Assembly: GCF_002113885.1 (NCBI RefSeq)
Contig: NW_018407853.1
Coordinates: forward strand, 596,955-660,954
Reading direction: 5' to 3'
Length of the DNA stretch: 64,000 nucleotides
Source: Mizuhopecten yessoensis
Taxonomy: Eukaryota
The notes beneath the pieces were generated by a model. It searched no databases and had not been told where the DNA came from. It saw only the letters and a list, made by a program, of their open reading frames with translations. The first letter of the stretch is position 1. Each line of letters opens with the position of its first letter. Below, in pieces: positions 1-14,800 of the stretch. Position numbers and translations under genes: made by a program.

Positions 1-175
1 TTGGGCATGTGACCCAATTCCTTGTCGCGTATGATCGGGGAAGCGAAAATATCTAAAGATTTTAAAGAATTTTTCAAAGAATGATCCTTTTTGGGTACTG
101 ATCCGATTTGAATCCCCCTCCTTTGATAGAAATATTATTGAAAACCGTTATTTAGTAATATTGTTTATTTTCCAG

Positions 176-3100
176 ACTTAGTGAAATAGCAGGTCAAAAA
201 CTACGACAGAACAACCCAGCCATCACCGATCTAAGTACTGATAACAGACCGACCAAAATAGCCGAGCGTTTTAAAGAGTTGTATGCCAACCAATGGACTG
301 ATGCATTTACGGAGCTGACGTCAGATCATTCGTGTTCTGAAATAAAAGCCATAGATATTCTCCTCGGATCCCTGGACGTGAGTAAACATTATTAAGAATA
401 TGCAATTTCACCCAATAGAATAGACTTTGGCTTAACCGTATTGGTCGTCTCCAAAATGAACACCATTTATCAATTGTACACTTTATTAGCTATTGTATAT
501 TTAAAATCTCTTTTCAAGGTTTAAATAATTACAACTATTTGCCGCAAGGTATTTGATTTGATAAAAATGCAGTTAGCATTTCACAATAAATTAAGTGCTA
601 TAGTAGCTCATTCATTTGATATATCTATATAATTTCATGACATCTCTAAACGCTTAGGATTTCAAGAAATGCCATAGATTATGTTTAACCCCAGGATGAA
701 TTCTTATTTTTACTGTATTCGGTTTCTGGACCAAAAACAACAAGAGAAGATAAAACCATAGACATTTTAAACTTATCGTATGGTCCTGACTACACTGTAT
801 GTATTATTATTTCTATGAATTCCAAATAATAATAAATAAGCAGCGCTGACCCCTGATGGAGATAAAATTTAAATAATTGCCAAGTCCCACCAGGTGTATT
901 TTACTATGTGATATACATGCATTCCGTTGTCCTGAACAAATACAATAATAATGACCTGGATCTACAAGGAATCTAAGATGGCCACTTTGGTATCAAAATA
1001 AGTAAACACACATTTTTGCTCAGTACATCGTTTACTTAGAAGATGTGGTTGGTATTACAGTTACTTGTAACACACCTGTTGTCAGAAAAGGGGAGAGATC
1101 GCTGTTATTTCGAGATGTGGGGTGCAATCATGGTATTATAGTTTGTGTCATATAATATTGTTGCGATAGCTATAACGTGTTTTGTTTTTACTGATGTCAT
1201 CTAATAATTTCTTTTATCAGGAAAGTTTTGATTTCACGGCCAGCATATCAGAAAATCAGCTGCAACGATTAGAACACAGCACACAGATGCTGACAAACAT
1301 AGAAAAGACAGATACGCATGGAGCGGTCATGCAAAACAGACAGGTTGATTTGGCGAAAACCCTTCCTGCCAAAAGCGGAAATAGAGATCAAACGCAACTG
1401 CAATCTGAACACACAGGAGACAAAATGGTATGTCCGAATTTTTAGATAAGACATTAATAGCATAGCAATACAATGTCTGAAAAGTCTATAATCATGTCAG
1501 CACGCTGCCTAAATCTATTTTACGGTCGGCATCAAAACCTGATTTCCAACTATTTTAGTATCTACAATGATTGAGTTGGCCATCGTGTGTCATTGTAGCC
1601 TGCATAATTGGATTTGATATGAAACATCGTGACATCTGCTGCATCTGACTTCAGGTAACGCTCAATCTTCTTGGGTACCTGTTTCACATCCGGATTTTCG
1701 GGCGATTTCTGATGTCATTCTTATTTTTGGTGTTTTCCCTCTTCGTTTTATTTTTTGTATGACTTTGAAGTACCATATTGATGATTTACTTTTTGTATGA
1801 CTTTGAAGTACTATTTCGATGTTTTACTTTTTGTATGACTTTGAAGTACCATGTCAATGTTTTACTTTTTGTATGACTTTGAAGTACTATTTCAATGTTA
1901 ATCGCAGCAGTGACGGTATTTTTCTGACCACATCAGGATTTGTCCGTAATAGCGTTGTATCTTTTATTGGCAATATGAAATTGGTCCTTGTTAATGAGTA
2001 ATTAATTGTTCCATTGTCCACATTGGTATTAATCTATCAAAACGATAATGCCCCCTATATAGGTGTATTGTTTCATTGGTCATGTTGGGATTGACGGTGT
2101 TTTTTTTATTGGCCACATCGGGACTTTTAGAACGTTTACATTTAAAATTCTGTAAACATATTCTTCAGGTGAAAACATCGACACCCAATTTCATGATTTA
2201 TCGCGAATTAGGAAGATTTCCTCTGAGTATAAATATCAAAGTTAGAATGATTGGATTTTGGGCCAAATTGTTAGAACCAATACCTAATAAGTTAAGTAAT
2301 AAAATGTATAAAATTATTATAAACTATAATACTCAATGGTTGAATTGTATTAAAAATATCCTTGATGAATGTAATTTAATAAATATATTTGAAAGTCAAG
2401 AATTCAAAAGTACCCAATGGTTGAAAAATACAATTTTCCATACACTCAAAGATAAATTCATTAATAATTGGAGAAGCGATGTTTTCAATTCATCTAAAGG
2501 GACCAATTACAGAATTTTTAAAAATGACTTAGTACTAGATAAATACCTGCTAGATCTCCCTCCAAGACTAGCAAATGTTTATTGTAAATTTAGAATTTGT
2601 AATGTAAAATTTCCTATTGAATGTGGTATATGGAATAACATTCCAAGAGAAGATAGAAAATGTATGTTTTGTGACCTAAATGAAATTGGAGACTAATATC
2701 ATTATTTATTTAACTGTAATGACCACCAGATAGTGCGAAACAGAAGAAAATGTATGTCGAGATACTATTTTGAATGTCCTAGTACTTTAAAGTTTAATAC
2801 ATTAATTAATTATGTCAATAATGAAGAACTAATTTCACTTATACAATTCCTTAAGCACATTATTGAGCGAATTACCACTGGCCATTAACACCATTATTTA
2901 TATGTAAACTGTACTATATATATATGTATATAATTCTCTACACTGTAACCAGTTTGCGAGAATAAAAACTTGTCATTGTCATTGTCATTGGATTGACGGT
3001 GTATTGTTTTACACGTAACAATGAGTTTGACGGTGTATTGTTTTACTGGTAACAATGGAATTGACGGTTTATTGTTTTACAGGTAACACAGCGATTGACG

Positions 3101-6097
3101 GTGTATTGTTATACAGGTAACACAGGTATTGACGGTGTATGGTTTTACAGGTAACATTTGGATTAACGGTGTATTGTTATACAGGTAACATTTGGATTGA
3201 CGGTATACTGTTTTAGAGGTAACATTGTGATTGACGGTGTATTGTTATACAGGTAACACGGGGATTGACGTTGTATTGTTAGCAGTTAACATTTGGATTG
3301 ACTGTGTATTGTTTTGCAGGTAACATTTGGATTGACGGTGTATGGTTTTACTGGTTACATTGGGATTGACGGTGTATTGTATTAATGGTTACAATGGGAT
3401 TGACGGTGTATTGTTTTTCAGGTAGCACTGGGATTGACGGTGTGTTGTTTTATTAGTATTATTGGGATGGATGGTGTGGTGTGTTATTGTAAATATCGCG
3501 ATTGACGGTGTGTTGTTTTACTATCAACACTGGGATTGACGGTGTGTTGTTTTACTGTCAACATTTGGTTTGACGGTATACTGGTAACAAAGGGATTGAC
3601 GGTATACAGGTAACAAAGGCATTGATGGCGTATAGTTTAACAGGTAACATTGCTATTCACGGTGTATTGTTTTACAGTAAACGCTTGCATTAACACCGGA
3701 CATGCCCGTGTGCCTTAAAGGCTAGAAGTGTCGACACACTGTATGTCCATGTACAGACTAATGCAATGAATTTCCATCACTAGTTTTCACATACATATAA
3801 AAGAACTTATTCCATCCATACTATTCAATTTCTCATCTATCAGCAACCAGTTCCATTGTCGCCGGAGTGTGCAGACCTACTTAGACAAGTGCTGAAAGCT
3901 TCAGCTCCTGCTTTACTTCCTGAAGTACAACAAGTAAGTCCCACACAGTACTATATATTTCTATAACTTATGTATACAGATATGCAATGGAATACCTTGG
4001 GCTGATATTATGGTATCGGGATGATTGATGAATCGGTCACTGTTCAAACAATGTATCTAAACATAGAAATAAGACATTTAAACGGTAATCCAACTGAGAA
4101 CAATCTGAATTAGTAGATAGATTCACATTTTAAGCCTATGCATGGCACCATTTCGGTTGACGTTAACGCGCCTTTGATAAAATTGCGGTCCAACGTAAGG
4201 ACGCCGATATTTCCGTTCTGTTCGCACTCAGCATCTAACATTACAAATGGCGTTGTTTATCGTTTCCGTCGCCGTTTGAAAACGATTCAGGAGGTGAGAT
4301 AGACGCATCTCTCTTTTTTGATACGTCGCGACGTTACACGTGGCCGTCCATTTCAGGGGCGGTCCGTTAATCGTACACAATGCCTTAAGCGACTATCTAA
4401 ACGGGCAAAAGTTGGTACATAAATAACAAACTGATGGGTGACGCGACGTTGTGATTGGCCTTTCAAAATAAGTGTAATATTCCATCCTCTCTCAATCTTT
4501 TTCATCCGGACAAAGTTATTGCACACTGTTACTGTACAGATTAAAAGTTCGTTTCGGAATGTTTTTCAAGTTTATCAGAGGTCTGTTTGCCCCCGATGCT
4601 CAAATTTGACAATTACGTTTAAACCGTACGGCAAGGTTCTTTAGGTGGGCGAGTTTAAGTCAGCATCGTTAGTTTAAAACCTTTGATCCTCGCTTTGACA
4701 TTGATGATTTCCGTACGAAGCTTATATCTGTTTGCGGCACATAAACAAGATCTTCAGGCGTTTAGAGTGCAATCAATACGTAACCAATCCGAAATTATCG
4801 CAAGTTAGCTGACTTTCAATTCACTACTGATATCATGATATTTTATTCGGGGACATGGGAATATTACTTCTCAAAGTTTTCTGAGGATCCAAGCGCAGCC
4901 AGAAAGAAGTTATCATTGCGAACATTTTACCAAGGTATGCCCCAAGATAAGCAATCGTATATATATATATATATATATATGGTCATGTTGCACACGACAC
5001 GACTAGTAAACCGAGGCTCATATTCTGTGTAGTGCTCTAGACTTCAAGGCCGACCGGGCATGATTGAAACAGGTCGAATTGACGGCTATCCATGAACAAA
5101 ACTGCATTTTATCATATGAAGTTCTACATCAATACTATACTGGAACCCTTAAAACAACAAGAGATTTCTAATTGTAAACAAAACCTTAAACATATGTACA
5201 AAGGGAATATGTACATGGAGGTCATTGAAAAAGTACAATAATAATAAAAGTAGAATAAAACAATGTGTTCCGTAAACAATGACGTCATCAGCTTCATTAA
5301 CAACATCCTCCATGCATATCTATGTCAGTTATATCACGTCCTCATATTAAGAACACGAGAAGTGACAATATAATCAATAACACCGACCTTCATATCATTT
5401 TGCTGCGAGATCCTGACGGCGACCATAAAAAATGGCAGTAATCTTCATCAAACCGATTTGATAGTTTTTGTTGTTTAACCTTTACAAATTCTTACAAGAC
5501 AGACTTGCAATCTACGTATATTCAAGGAACAAAGAAATGTACGCTTTACTAATTCAGAACCAGGTTTATATATTATGATCCAGTGCGATTAATTTTACTC
5601 AATAAAAAGCAATTATCCCATGTCTTTTGTAGCATTTCCTAAGAGACAGACAAGCAAAGGTAAAGATTCCAGAAGGAAAAAGGGGAAACGCGATGATCGA
5701 ATTCTACAAAGAATGTGCAGCGATCACTTGGTACATGAATGTCCAAACACCTCGTCTATATTTGGCACCAAAACCGACAACAGGTACACCGGTTCAGACT
5801 GACCTGTACTCTTTGTACACACAATCCGGGGAGAAGGTCGATTATGTCGTCTGGCCGGCCTGTCTACTTCATGAGAATGGCCCTTTATTGGCCAAAGGAA
5901 TATTGCAGCCATTCAAAATGGAACGAAAAGGAGGAGCTAAAGAAGAAAAAAAGAATGTCGCTTCGAATGGTAGAAGCGAGACTCAGGAGAAAGGTTCAGG
6001 CAGTGATGGAAAATCAATTATAGACCAAAATAACGTCAATACTTCATCCGGGAGAAAGAGCAGTACGGGAGGTAATGTCAAAAACACACATTTTTAG
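176..6097 (+). CDS. Mieap (mitochondria-eating protein/SPATA18) C-terminal-domain protein, 5'-partial; exons 176-377, 1221-1427, 3844-3933, 5633-6097
   Basis: All introns are GT-AG and phase-compatible. Exon 1 reads LSEIAGQKLRQNNPAITDLSTDNRPTKIAERFKELYANQWTDAF. The last exon reads ECAAITWYMNVQTPRLYL...YTQSGEKVDYVVWPACLLHENGPLLAKG. Both match MIEAP-domain motifs as I recall them. Confidence 0.8.
1751..1900. repeat. 38-bp tandem repeat, about 4 copies
   Basis: TTTTGTATGACTTTGAAGTAC... recurs with a 38-bp period. Confidence 0.9.
2124..2989 (+). mobile_element. 5'-truncated non-LTR retrotransposon (RTE-X/L2-like) 3' end with a (TTGTCA)n tail
   Basis: Reads YRELGRFPL...FRICNVKFPIECGIW...RKCMFC..EIGD*YHYLFNC (C-terminal zinc-binding region), then AATAAA and TTGTCATTGTCATTGTCA. 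Confidence 0.75.
2988..3680. repeat. ~34-bp minisatellite, about 20 copies, with further copies at 2062-2123
   Basis: Consensus TTGACGGTGTATTGTTTTACAGGTAACATTGGGA. Confidence 0.9.
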
Positions 6098-7289
6098 TCT
6101 GCCATGACATAGCACCATTTTATGATTACTTATATTTGTGTTCCGATATAGTAAAACACGGACAGAGACAGCAGCCAATGTAGCCGAATCTTAATATATC
6201 ACTGCTAATACTCGTGGTCCATACTATAGTAATCATAAGGGGACCTTGACGTTAACATGTTCCAATTCTTAACGTACTGTTTTCGTTTGTGGCGCTTTTA
6301 ATAAGTGGAAAATTGACTTTGTCAGCGTAGACATAAAAATGTAATAGGAAGCTTATCAGAAGATATTATAGAAGACTTGTAACCGATACTCCTCAATAAT
6401 TACAACCATTATAATATTTACGGATGGTTCAATCACTTCCATTATGATAAATATCATTGTTCTTTTGCGGGGTCTTCTCGTGACGCCGTTCGCTACTGTA
6501 TTTAAATACGTATTTATCCTCACATAATATCTCTTAAACGTTTTCCTCAACTCTATATACATTATAAATATAAACTTGTATTGTAAAATATGGAGTGTAT
6601 ACGTGGTTTCTATAATACATATGCCAACATGTGTTGAATATTTAATACAAATATGTTTTGAAAAAAAAAAAAAAAAATGTAACTTACAATAACTTTGATG
6701 TGTGCTTACATACTACCGATGGTCAGTTTTTTTATAATTTGTATATATAAGTGTCAAGAATACGAATAATTTCTATGCTGCTCCAATTTTACTTAACATT
6801 GACCTAAGAGTCAGTGCACTTACTTGGGTACATCAATACATAATATATATATTGTTAATTTATTTGTATATCAACAAGTAATACAATTATTCAAATTTGA
6901 TTATGATCAATGTTTGAAACGTTTTGAGCACGATTTTTATATTCCTGTACAATTGTACCCTGTGTATATAAGTTCTCCTATGACTTGGGACTGGTGTTGG
7001 GTTTATTTTATTATTTTGGTAATGTTTTACATAAATATATGATACATCTATATTAAAAGTTGTATATATTTATTAAAAGAATTATGTATTAACACTGTCT
7101 ACCTTTCTTCAACCGGATGCCGTCACGTAGGCGAATATGAACCCAAATGATATTTGATTTGACCAAACAATGTAGTCAGAATGTGGTATTCAATGTAACA
7201 CTGATTTTCACTGATGGTCAAGTTAAACAAAAATTGTATCTCTCTGATCAGTGCAATGTTTCAGAGTAAACAATGTCAATCAAACACTT

Positions 7290-7545
7290 TAAATCGACGT
7301 GAACAACGGAAATTTCTTTATTTCGATGTGAACCATGTTAATTAAACACACTAACTCGATGTGGATAATGAGCAATTCTTTATTTGGATGTGAACCATGT
7401 GAACTTAGCACTTTAACTCGACGTAAACAATAAGCTATTTTTTATTCGATGTGAACAACGATCAATGTTTTTATCAACGTGAACAATGAAATATCAACAT
7501 TTTAATTCGAAGTAAACAATGATCACTCTTTATAATGATGCAAAC
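7290..7545. repeat. Degenerate ~30-bp tandem repeat
   Basis: A TCGATGTGAACAA-like core recurs every 29-34 bp. Confidence 0.6.
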
Positions 7546-8887
7546 AATTACCAAAACTATAAATAGATAAAACAAAAACAAAACAAAAACCTCATATATC
7601 GACACACAATCGGACGTAGTGGTAAATACATTCACATACTAGCATGAGTTAACATACAATGCTTATTTGTCTATTTCCCGTATCTACTGTAAATCTCTAG
7701 CGCCTTACGGGGGTACAAATATAGTTTGTCATTAACATTTTATTCGTCAACATGTACCAATATTGTCAACGTAAATTGTTCGACTATTAATCTATTATAC
7801 AGTGTAGTACTGTTCTGTGATAGTTTATTGTTAGTTTCACCGTCACTTCCAGCTTCAGCCATCAATGAAAAAACCTAAAAGTAAATGTATATTCATCGAG
7901 GCTTGATACAAATATGGCGGAGTATCTCTGTCTAGTTAGTCTTCGATTGTCTTGGCATAACTCGTTTTCTGCTTGGATGAAAAACTATTATTGATCTTCA
8001 TTGGCTCTAACAGATGTTTTGTGAAACGTGTATTGACGATCATACACACATACAAATGTATTATCCATTTTATAGAGAAAATTATAAGATTTTAAGGAAA
8101 TGTTTACGAATCACAAGAACAATCGGAAAGCATGAATTATCATTTGTGGAGATATGCTGTAATGCTTTTTTTTTATATAAATAAAAGGATATATTCAGAG
8201 TATGGTGGAATTGTCTTTTCGTTATCATTACATAATACACAACCACCAGTTTGATGTTATTTAATTACAATAATGTTGCTTTAAAAGATAATCTTAATTT
8301 CTGATTTTAAAAACAAAAGTATATATGTACGTTCATAGATAAATGAATGATATGAATATGCACATAAGATGTTATAAAATATAAATATAAATATATTACA
8401 TAATATTGTATACCCGTTCATAATGCAGATATATAAATATGGACAAATTCGGTACGCCTCTAGCCTTTTGTCCTTTACCTTTGTATAGAACTGGTCAGAT
8501 GACCAGCTATTCAAATTTTGATTGTTTATTCAATCAGTAAGGTTTTTATGGACACATTATTTTATGATCTTGACATCATTAATGTTTAAGTCGATATCTC
8601 GTAGATAAATATACAGAAACATACCGATTTTGATACATGACTTTTCTCCAAATAAAACATGTGTCGATGTGACAAAAACACATAGATACTGGAAGGAAGT
8701 ATTTTTGCCGAATCATAATAACTAAATATAAAACGGAAAACGCTTCGAAGTTATAATTCATGGACCAGTCACTTGCTGAGAACGTGGAGATTGTCTTTAT
8801 CATGGAAGTTAAAAGCTGGTAGCAGCCAATGTTTATCTTCAGGCCCACAGTCTGTGTAGAATTGTGAATGTGTAATGGCATTTAGTA

Positions 8888-11800
8888 TCATCTTGATCCA
8901 TGTACAGAAGGAATGTCTGATACGTCAACTGGATTTGAAAACGTCCCATTCATTGGTGGACTATCGGAGTCCTTTAAAGTAAGAACAGTGTCACTGTCTG
9001 TGGTTGGTTCAAACTCAGAATTATGGACAGACAGATGCTCTGCCTCCCACTCTTTGTCTTTGCCAAGATCAAATGCAAAAGGTCGAGGGAGTCGGAATGA
9101 GTACTTTCCGCTTGACCGTCGATCAAAGGAATTCAGTGATGTTGTGTCTGTCCTAATGTGGCGAATCTTCGTCCTGTAAGACATGAATGGATAAGTGTTG
9201 ACGATCTCGTATATCTATTTATAAGTTATTATATAGGATGTATTACTCAAATCAAGCAATGAATATATTGAATTCTTCAAAGATTTTGTATAAGTATCAT
9301 TGTAATGTTTATTCTCAATTAAAAAAATGCTGCTCTTGGTAAGTTGTTAATTACAGACAGCTTAAAATTACATATATATAACATACATTTTCTTATGATA
9401 TTGTTTTGTTTTTAAGTCCGACATTTCATACTGTCTTTCCGGTGCAGTTTTCATTCATAAAACATCTATGCCAGCAACAAGCAATGTAGATAAGTATTTC
9501 AGGATACGGGTCTGATGACGTTTAAGCAACCCCACCTTCGTTTGTGCCGCACCAGTAGTATAGTTGCTATGGCCGACGCTAGGAGGATCACAAATCCACA
9601 TATACCTCCGATGACAGCTCCCTTCATAACGTTGATTTCTAGGAAATAAAATATACTTACAACACCCGACTGAAGTTACGCAAAGAAATTTTCTATATTT
9701 GAGCCTTCAATATCAAGGTTTACTTTTAAAAAACCCGTCTTATTTGCATTTAGCGCTATTCTTATTAAAACATTGTTTTAGTTCCTTCCGATTGACGTAT
9801 CAATAGCCGACTGTCAATCAAATTTGCGTTTGAAGTTTTAGCGATATGTAGATAATGATGTGTTCCAATACGTTTATTGTAAAAATTGAGTTGCCAAGGA
9901 GAAGGTGATTTGTAATAATTCAACATATTCAAACAAAAATGAGTTGACTTTGACTTTTTGACATACACGACCCGTAAAAAATGAACGATTATCTTCAAAC
10001 TTGTATAGATAATATATTGTCGGATACTTACTTCGATGTGCGTCTTCCAATGTTGGATCAGGTTCTATTTGTATCAAATCTCCGTCACAACTAGCGGAAG
10101 GACGGTAGTCTATAAAGATAATAGACTGATGATAACGTCACTTATAAGAAAACAACCCTTTTATAGCAAATTTTAATTTTGGCAAAAATAACAGATCATA
10201 AACAAAATTCATATGTCAATAACACAGTTTATAGTATCGTATAAAACAGGTCCTTAACATAGTCTATAGTATCATCTAAAACAGGTCATAAACAGAGCCT
10301 ATAGTATCATGTAAAACAGGTCCTTAACACAGTCTATAGTATCGTATAGAACAGGTCCTTAACACAGTTTATAGTATCGTATAAAACAGGTCCTTAACAC
10401 AGTTTATAGTATCGTGTAAAACATGTCTTTAACACAGTTTATAGTATCGTGTAAAACAGGTCCTTAACACAGTTTATAGTATCGTGTAAAACAGGTCCTT
10501 ATCACAGTTTATAGTATGGTGTAAAACAGGTCCTTATCAGAGTTTAAAGTATCATATAAAACAGTTCCTTTACACAGTTTATAGTATCATGTAAAACAGG
10601 TCCTTAACACAGTTTATAGTATGGTGTAAAACAGGCCCTTATCAGAGTTTAAAGTATCATATAAAACAGGTCCTTAACACAGTCTTTAGTATCGTATAGA
10701 ACAGGTCCTTAACACAGTTTATAGTATCGTAAAAAACAGGTCCTTAACACAGTTTATAATATCGTGTAAAACAGGTCTTTAACACAGTTTATAGTATCGT
10801 GTAAAACAGGTCCTTCACACAGTTTATAGTATCGTGTAAAACAGGTCCTTATCACAGTTTAAAGTATCATATAAAACAGGTCCTTAACACAGTCTTTAGT
10901 ATCGTATAGAACAGGTCCTTAACACAGTTTATAGTATCGTAAAAAACAGGTCCTTAACACGGTTTATAATATCGTGTAAAACAGGTCTTTAACACAGTTT
11001 ATAGTATCGTGTAAAACAGGTCCTTAACACAGTTTATAGTATCGTGTAAAACAGGTCCTTTACACAGTTTATAGTATCATGTAAAACAGGTCCTTAACGC
11101 GGTTTATAGTATCGTGTTAAACAGGTCTTTATCACAGTTTAATGTATCGTGTAAAACAGGTCCTTATCACAGTTTAAAGTATCATATAAAACAGGTCCTT
11201 AACACAGCTTATAGTATCGTGTAAAACAGGTCCTTAACACAGTTTATAGTATGGTGTAAAACTGGTCCTTATCACAGTTTATAGTATCGTGTAAAACAGG
11301 TCATTAACACAGTTTATAGTATCATGTAAAACAGGTCCTTAACACGGTTTATAGTATCGTGTTAAACAGGTCTTTATCACAGTTTAAAGTATCGTGTAAA
11401 ACAGGTCCTTATCACAGTTTATAGTATGGCGTAAAACAGGTCCTTATCACAGTTTATAGTATCATGTAAAACAGGTCCTTAACACGGTTTATAGTATCTA
11501 GTTAAACAGGTCTTTATCACAGTTTAAAGTATCGTGTAAAACAGGTCCTTATCACAGTTTATAGTATGGCGTAAAACAGGTCCTTATCACAGTTTATAGT
11601 ATCGTGTAAAACTGGTCCTTTACACAGTTTATAGTATCATGTAAAACAGGTCCTTAACACAGTTTATAGTATCGTGTAAAACAGGTCCTTAACATAGTCT
11701 ATAGTATCATCTAAAACAGGTCATAAACAGAGTCTATAGTATCATGTAAAACAAGTCCTTAACACAGTCTTTAGTATCGTATAGAACAGGTCCTTAACAC

Positions 11801-14800
11801 AGTTTATAGTATCGTAAAAAACAGGTCCTTAACACAGTTTATAATATCGTGTTAAACAGGTCTTTAACACAATTTATAGTATCGTGTAAAACAGGTCCTT
11901 CACACAGTTTATAGTATCGTGTAAAACAGGTCCTTAGCACAGTTTATAGTATGGTGTAAAACAGGTCCTTATCAGAGTTTAAAGTATCATATAAAACAGG
12001 TCCTTAACACAGTTTATAGTATCGTGTAAAACAGGTCCTTAACACAGTTTATAGTATGGTGTAAAACTGGTCCTTATCACAGTTTATAGTATCGTGTAAA
12101 ACAGGTCCTTATCAAAATTTATAGTATGGTGTAAAACAGGTCCTTAACACAGTTTATATTATCGTGTAAAACAGGTCCTTATCACAGTTTATAGTATCGT
12201 GTAAAACAGGTCCTTAACACAGTTTATAGTATCATGTAAAACAGGTCCTGAACACGGTTTATAGTATCGTGTTAAACAGGTCCTTATCACAGTTTAAAGT
12301 ATCGTGTAAAACAGGTCCTTATCACAGTTTATAGTATCATCTAAAACAGGTCCTTATCACAGTTTATAGTATCGTGTAAAACAGGGCATTAACACATTTT
12401 ATATTATCAAGTATAGCAGTTCCTTAACACAGTTTATATTATCAAGTAAAACAGGTCCTTATCACAGTTTATAGTATCATCTAAAACAGGTCCTTATCAC
12501 AGTTTATAGTATCGTGTAAAACAGGTCCTTAACACAGTTTATATTATCAAGTAAAACAGGTCCTTACCACAGTTTATAGTATCGTGTAAAACAGGTCCTT
12601 GACACAGTTTATAGTCTCGTGTAAAACAGGTCCTTAACACAGTTTATATTATCGTGTAAAACAGGTCCTTAACACAGTTTATTTTATCAATTATAACAGT
12701 TCCTTAACACAGTTTATAGTATCAAGTAAAACAGGTCCTTAACACAGTTTATAGTATCAAGTAAAACAGGTCCTTAACACAGTTTATAGTATCGTGTATA
12801 ACAGTTCCTTAACACAGTTTATATCATCAAGTAAAACAGGTCCTTACCACAGTTTATAGTATCGTGTAAAACAGGTCCTTGACAGTTTATATCATCAAGT
12901 AAAACAGGTCCTTAACACAGTTTATATTATCGTGTAAAACAGGTCCTTAACACAGTTTATATTATCAATTATAACAGTTAAACATTAAAAGCGGTTATAA
13001 GCAAAGTGTATAGGGCCATGTAAAACAGGTTATAAACACAGTTCATATAGTATAAGATGTAACACTATGCTAACTACAATTTCTATAGTATGATATAAAA
13101 CAGGTCCTTAATACAATTCATTCTGTTATCTAAAACACATTACAAGCACAGTGTATTTACGATAAAATCTGAAAAACAATCGAAATACCAAAACAAAGCA
13201 ACAGACACAATGAACCTCTGTCAGGAATGTTGTTGTTAGCAAAGAAACGAGACAACAAAAAATAAGCCTTAAATGGAAATCAGTATTGTTTAGATGGTAC
13301 CATTCAAATCCAAATCAATGTTAGTATTCCAATGCATGTTATTTGTTGAATCTACGTTAATACTAATGATGCCAATCTGCGTCAAGATTCAAACTTACAT
13401 CAATAACTCAAATACACGTCATCATCGAAATTCACGTCATTTAGTAAAATCTGCGCAAAAACATTCACGTCAGTATTTCAAATCCTCATCAATTACTTAA
13501 TTGATATTAATATTAAAATCCAATTGGTAAATTCATCTCAATAAATCGTTTAAAGCAAAACCATGAATACGAAAAAATTTCAGAATAACACGGTATGTAT
13601 TAGATCACATATTAGGTAATATATAACATTTTATGTTTCGTATGAGTTCAAGAGAACTGCGTTATTTAGAGAATACATCTAGATAGTTTTTGGGTATGAA
13701 CTCATGCATTACGACCTTTTCTGACGTCATCAAATGATAATGAATTTACTACCAGATGAAAGTAACGGTACAACGGAGAGCTAAGATGACGAAATTTGAT
13801 ACCAATGAATGACCTGGAGAAGCGTGTTGTTCACGATATCAGCAATACATCTTGATTATGTGATAAAAAATGATCTAAAGTTTCTTCCCATTTCGTATGA
13901 GATTTAGAGGCTCGCTAAAATGAAAAAGTAAATCCTTGAATCTTTTTATAAGTCTTACATGAAATGATAACTGATACAATATCTCTATTTATATCCTATA
14001 GATAATAGAACTTATCACACAATACGACTTTCGTACACTAACTGTAAATCTACTACATATTGGTTTGTTGTTTTACGAAACACAACATTGGATTCTAGAT
14101 CATTAACTATCAAAACCTTATGTTCGCCGATTCTAAAAAAGTTCTCTGCTAGAATTTTGAAAGTGATGAATTCAAAATAAAATTTATCGTTTTGAAGACA
14201 ACATCATATATATGTATTGATATGTACCTGTTGGGAGTGTGGAGTTTCGGCACTGTGCGAAGCTCTTATGTTTAGTGTAAATGTCACCAAGAGTAGCTTC
14301 CCTTAATCCATATCTACATTTGCATCTTCCGGCAGAGCACTCTTGTTCAAAGTCATTGTAGCAATCCGCAAAGAAGTTTTTACATTTCCCATGAAGAAGC
14401 GGGAAGGCCACAAACCAGGTGGTGTCCCTTTTGCAACGTTTTTTGTCGTTGTTAAGTATATAATTTGATTCACAAGTGCATGCGCCATTATGACATTTTG
14501 TGTTCGGTCCAATACACTGCACATCAGACTCGCAAGCCGACCCAAGGGAGGAAACTGGAAAGGTAAATGTTTTAGTTATATTCATATGGAAATTATATAA
14601 AATAATCTTCTACGTCAGGTCAATATTTTATTACTCACGAAACTCTACAAGTAATTATCTGATTTCTTCTCACGTGACTACTTGTAACTGAAGTACAATT
14701 TATTGTTGTGTATTGTATTTTTACTCAAGTGACAGATCTAGTAATTGAATTATTCTTGTTCACGTGACAGTCTTCTTATCTAATTTCAACAAACGTTGAA

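Noticed and set aside
4120-4810. CpG-richer intronic stretch as a possible transposon or regulatory island
   Set aside because: I could not identify termini, a TSD or coding motifs by eye.
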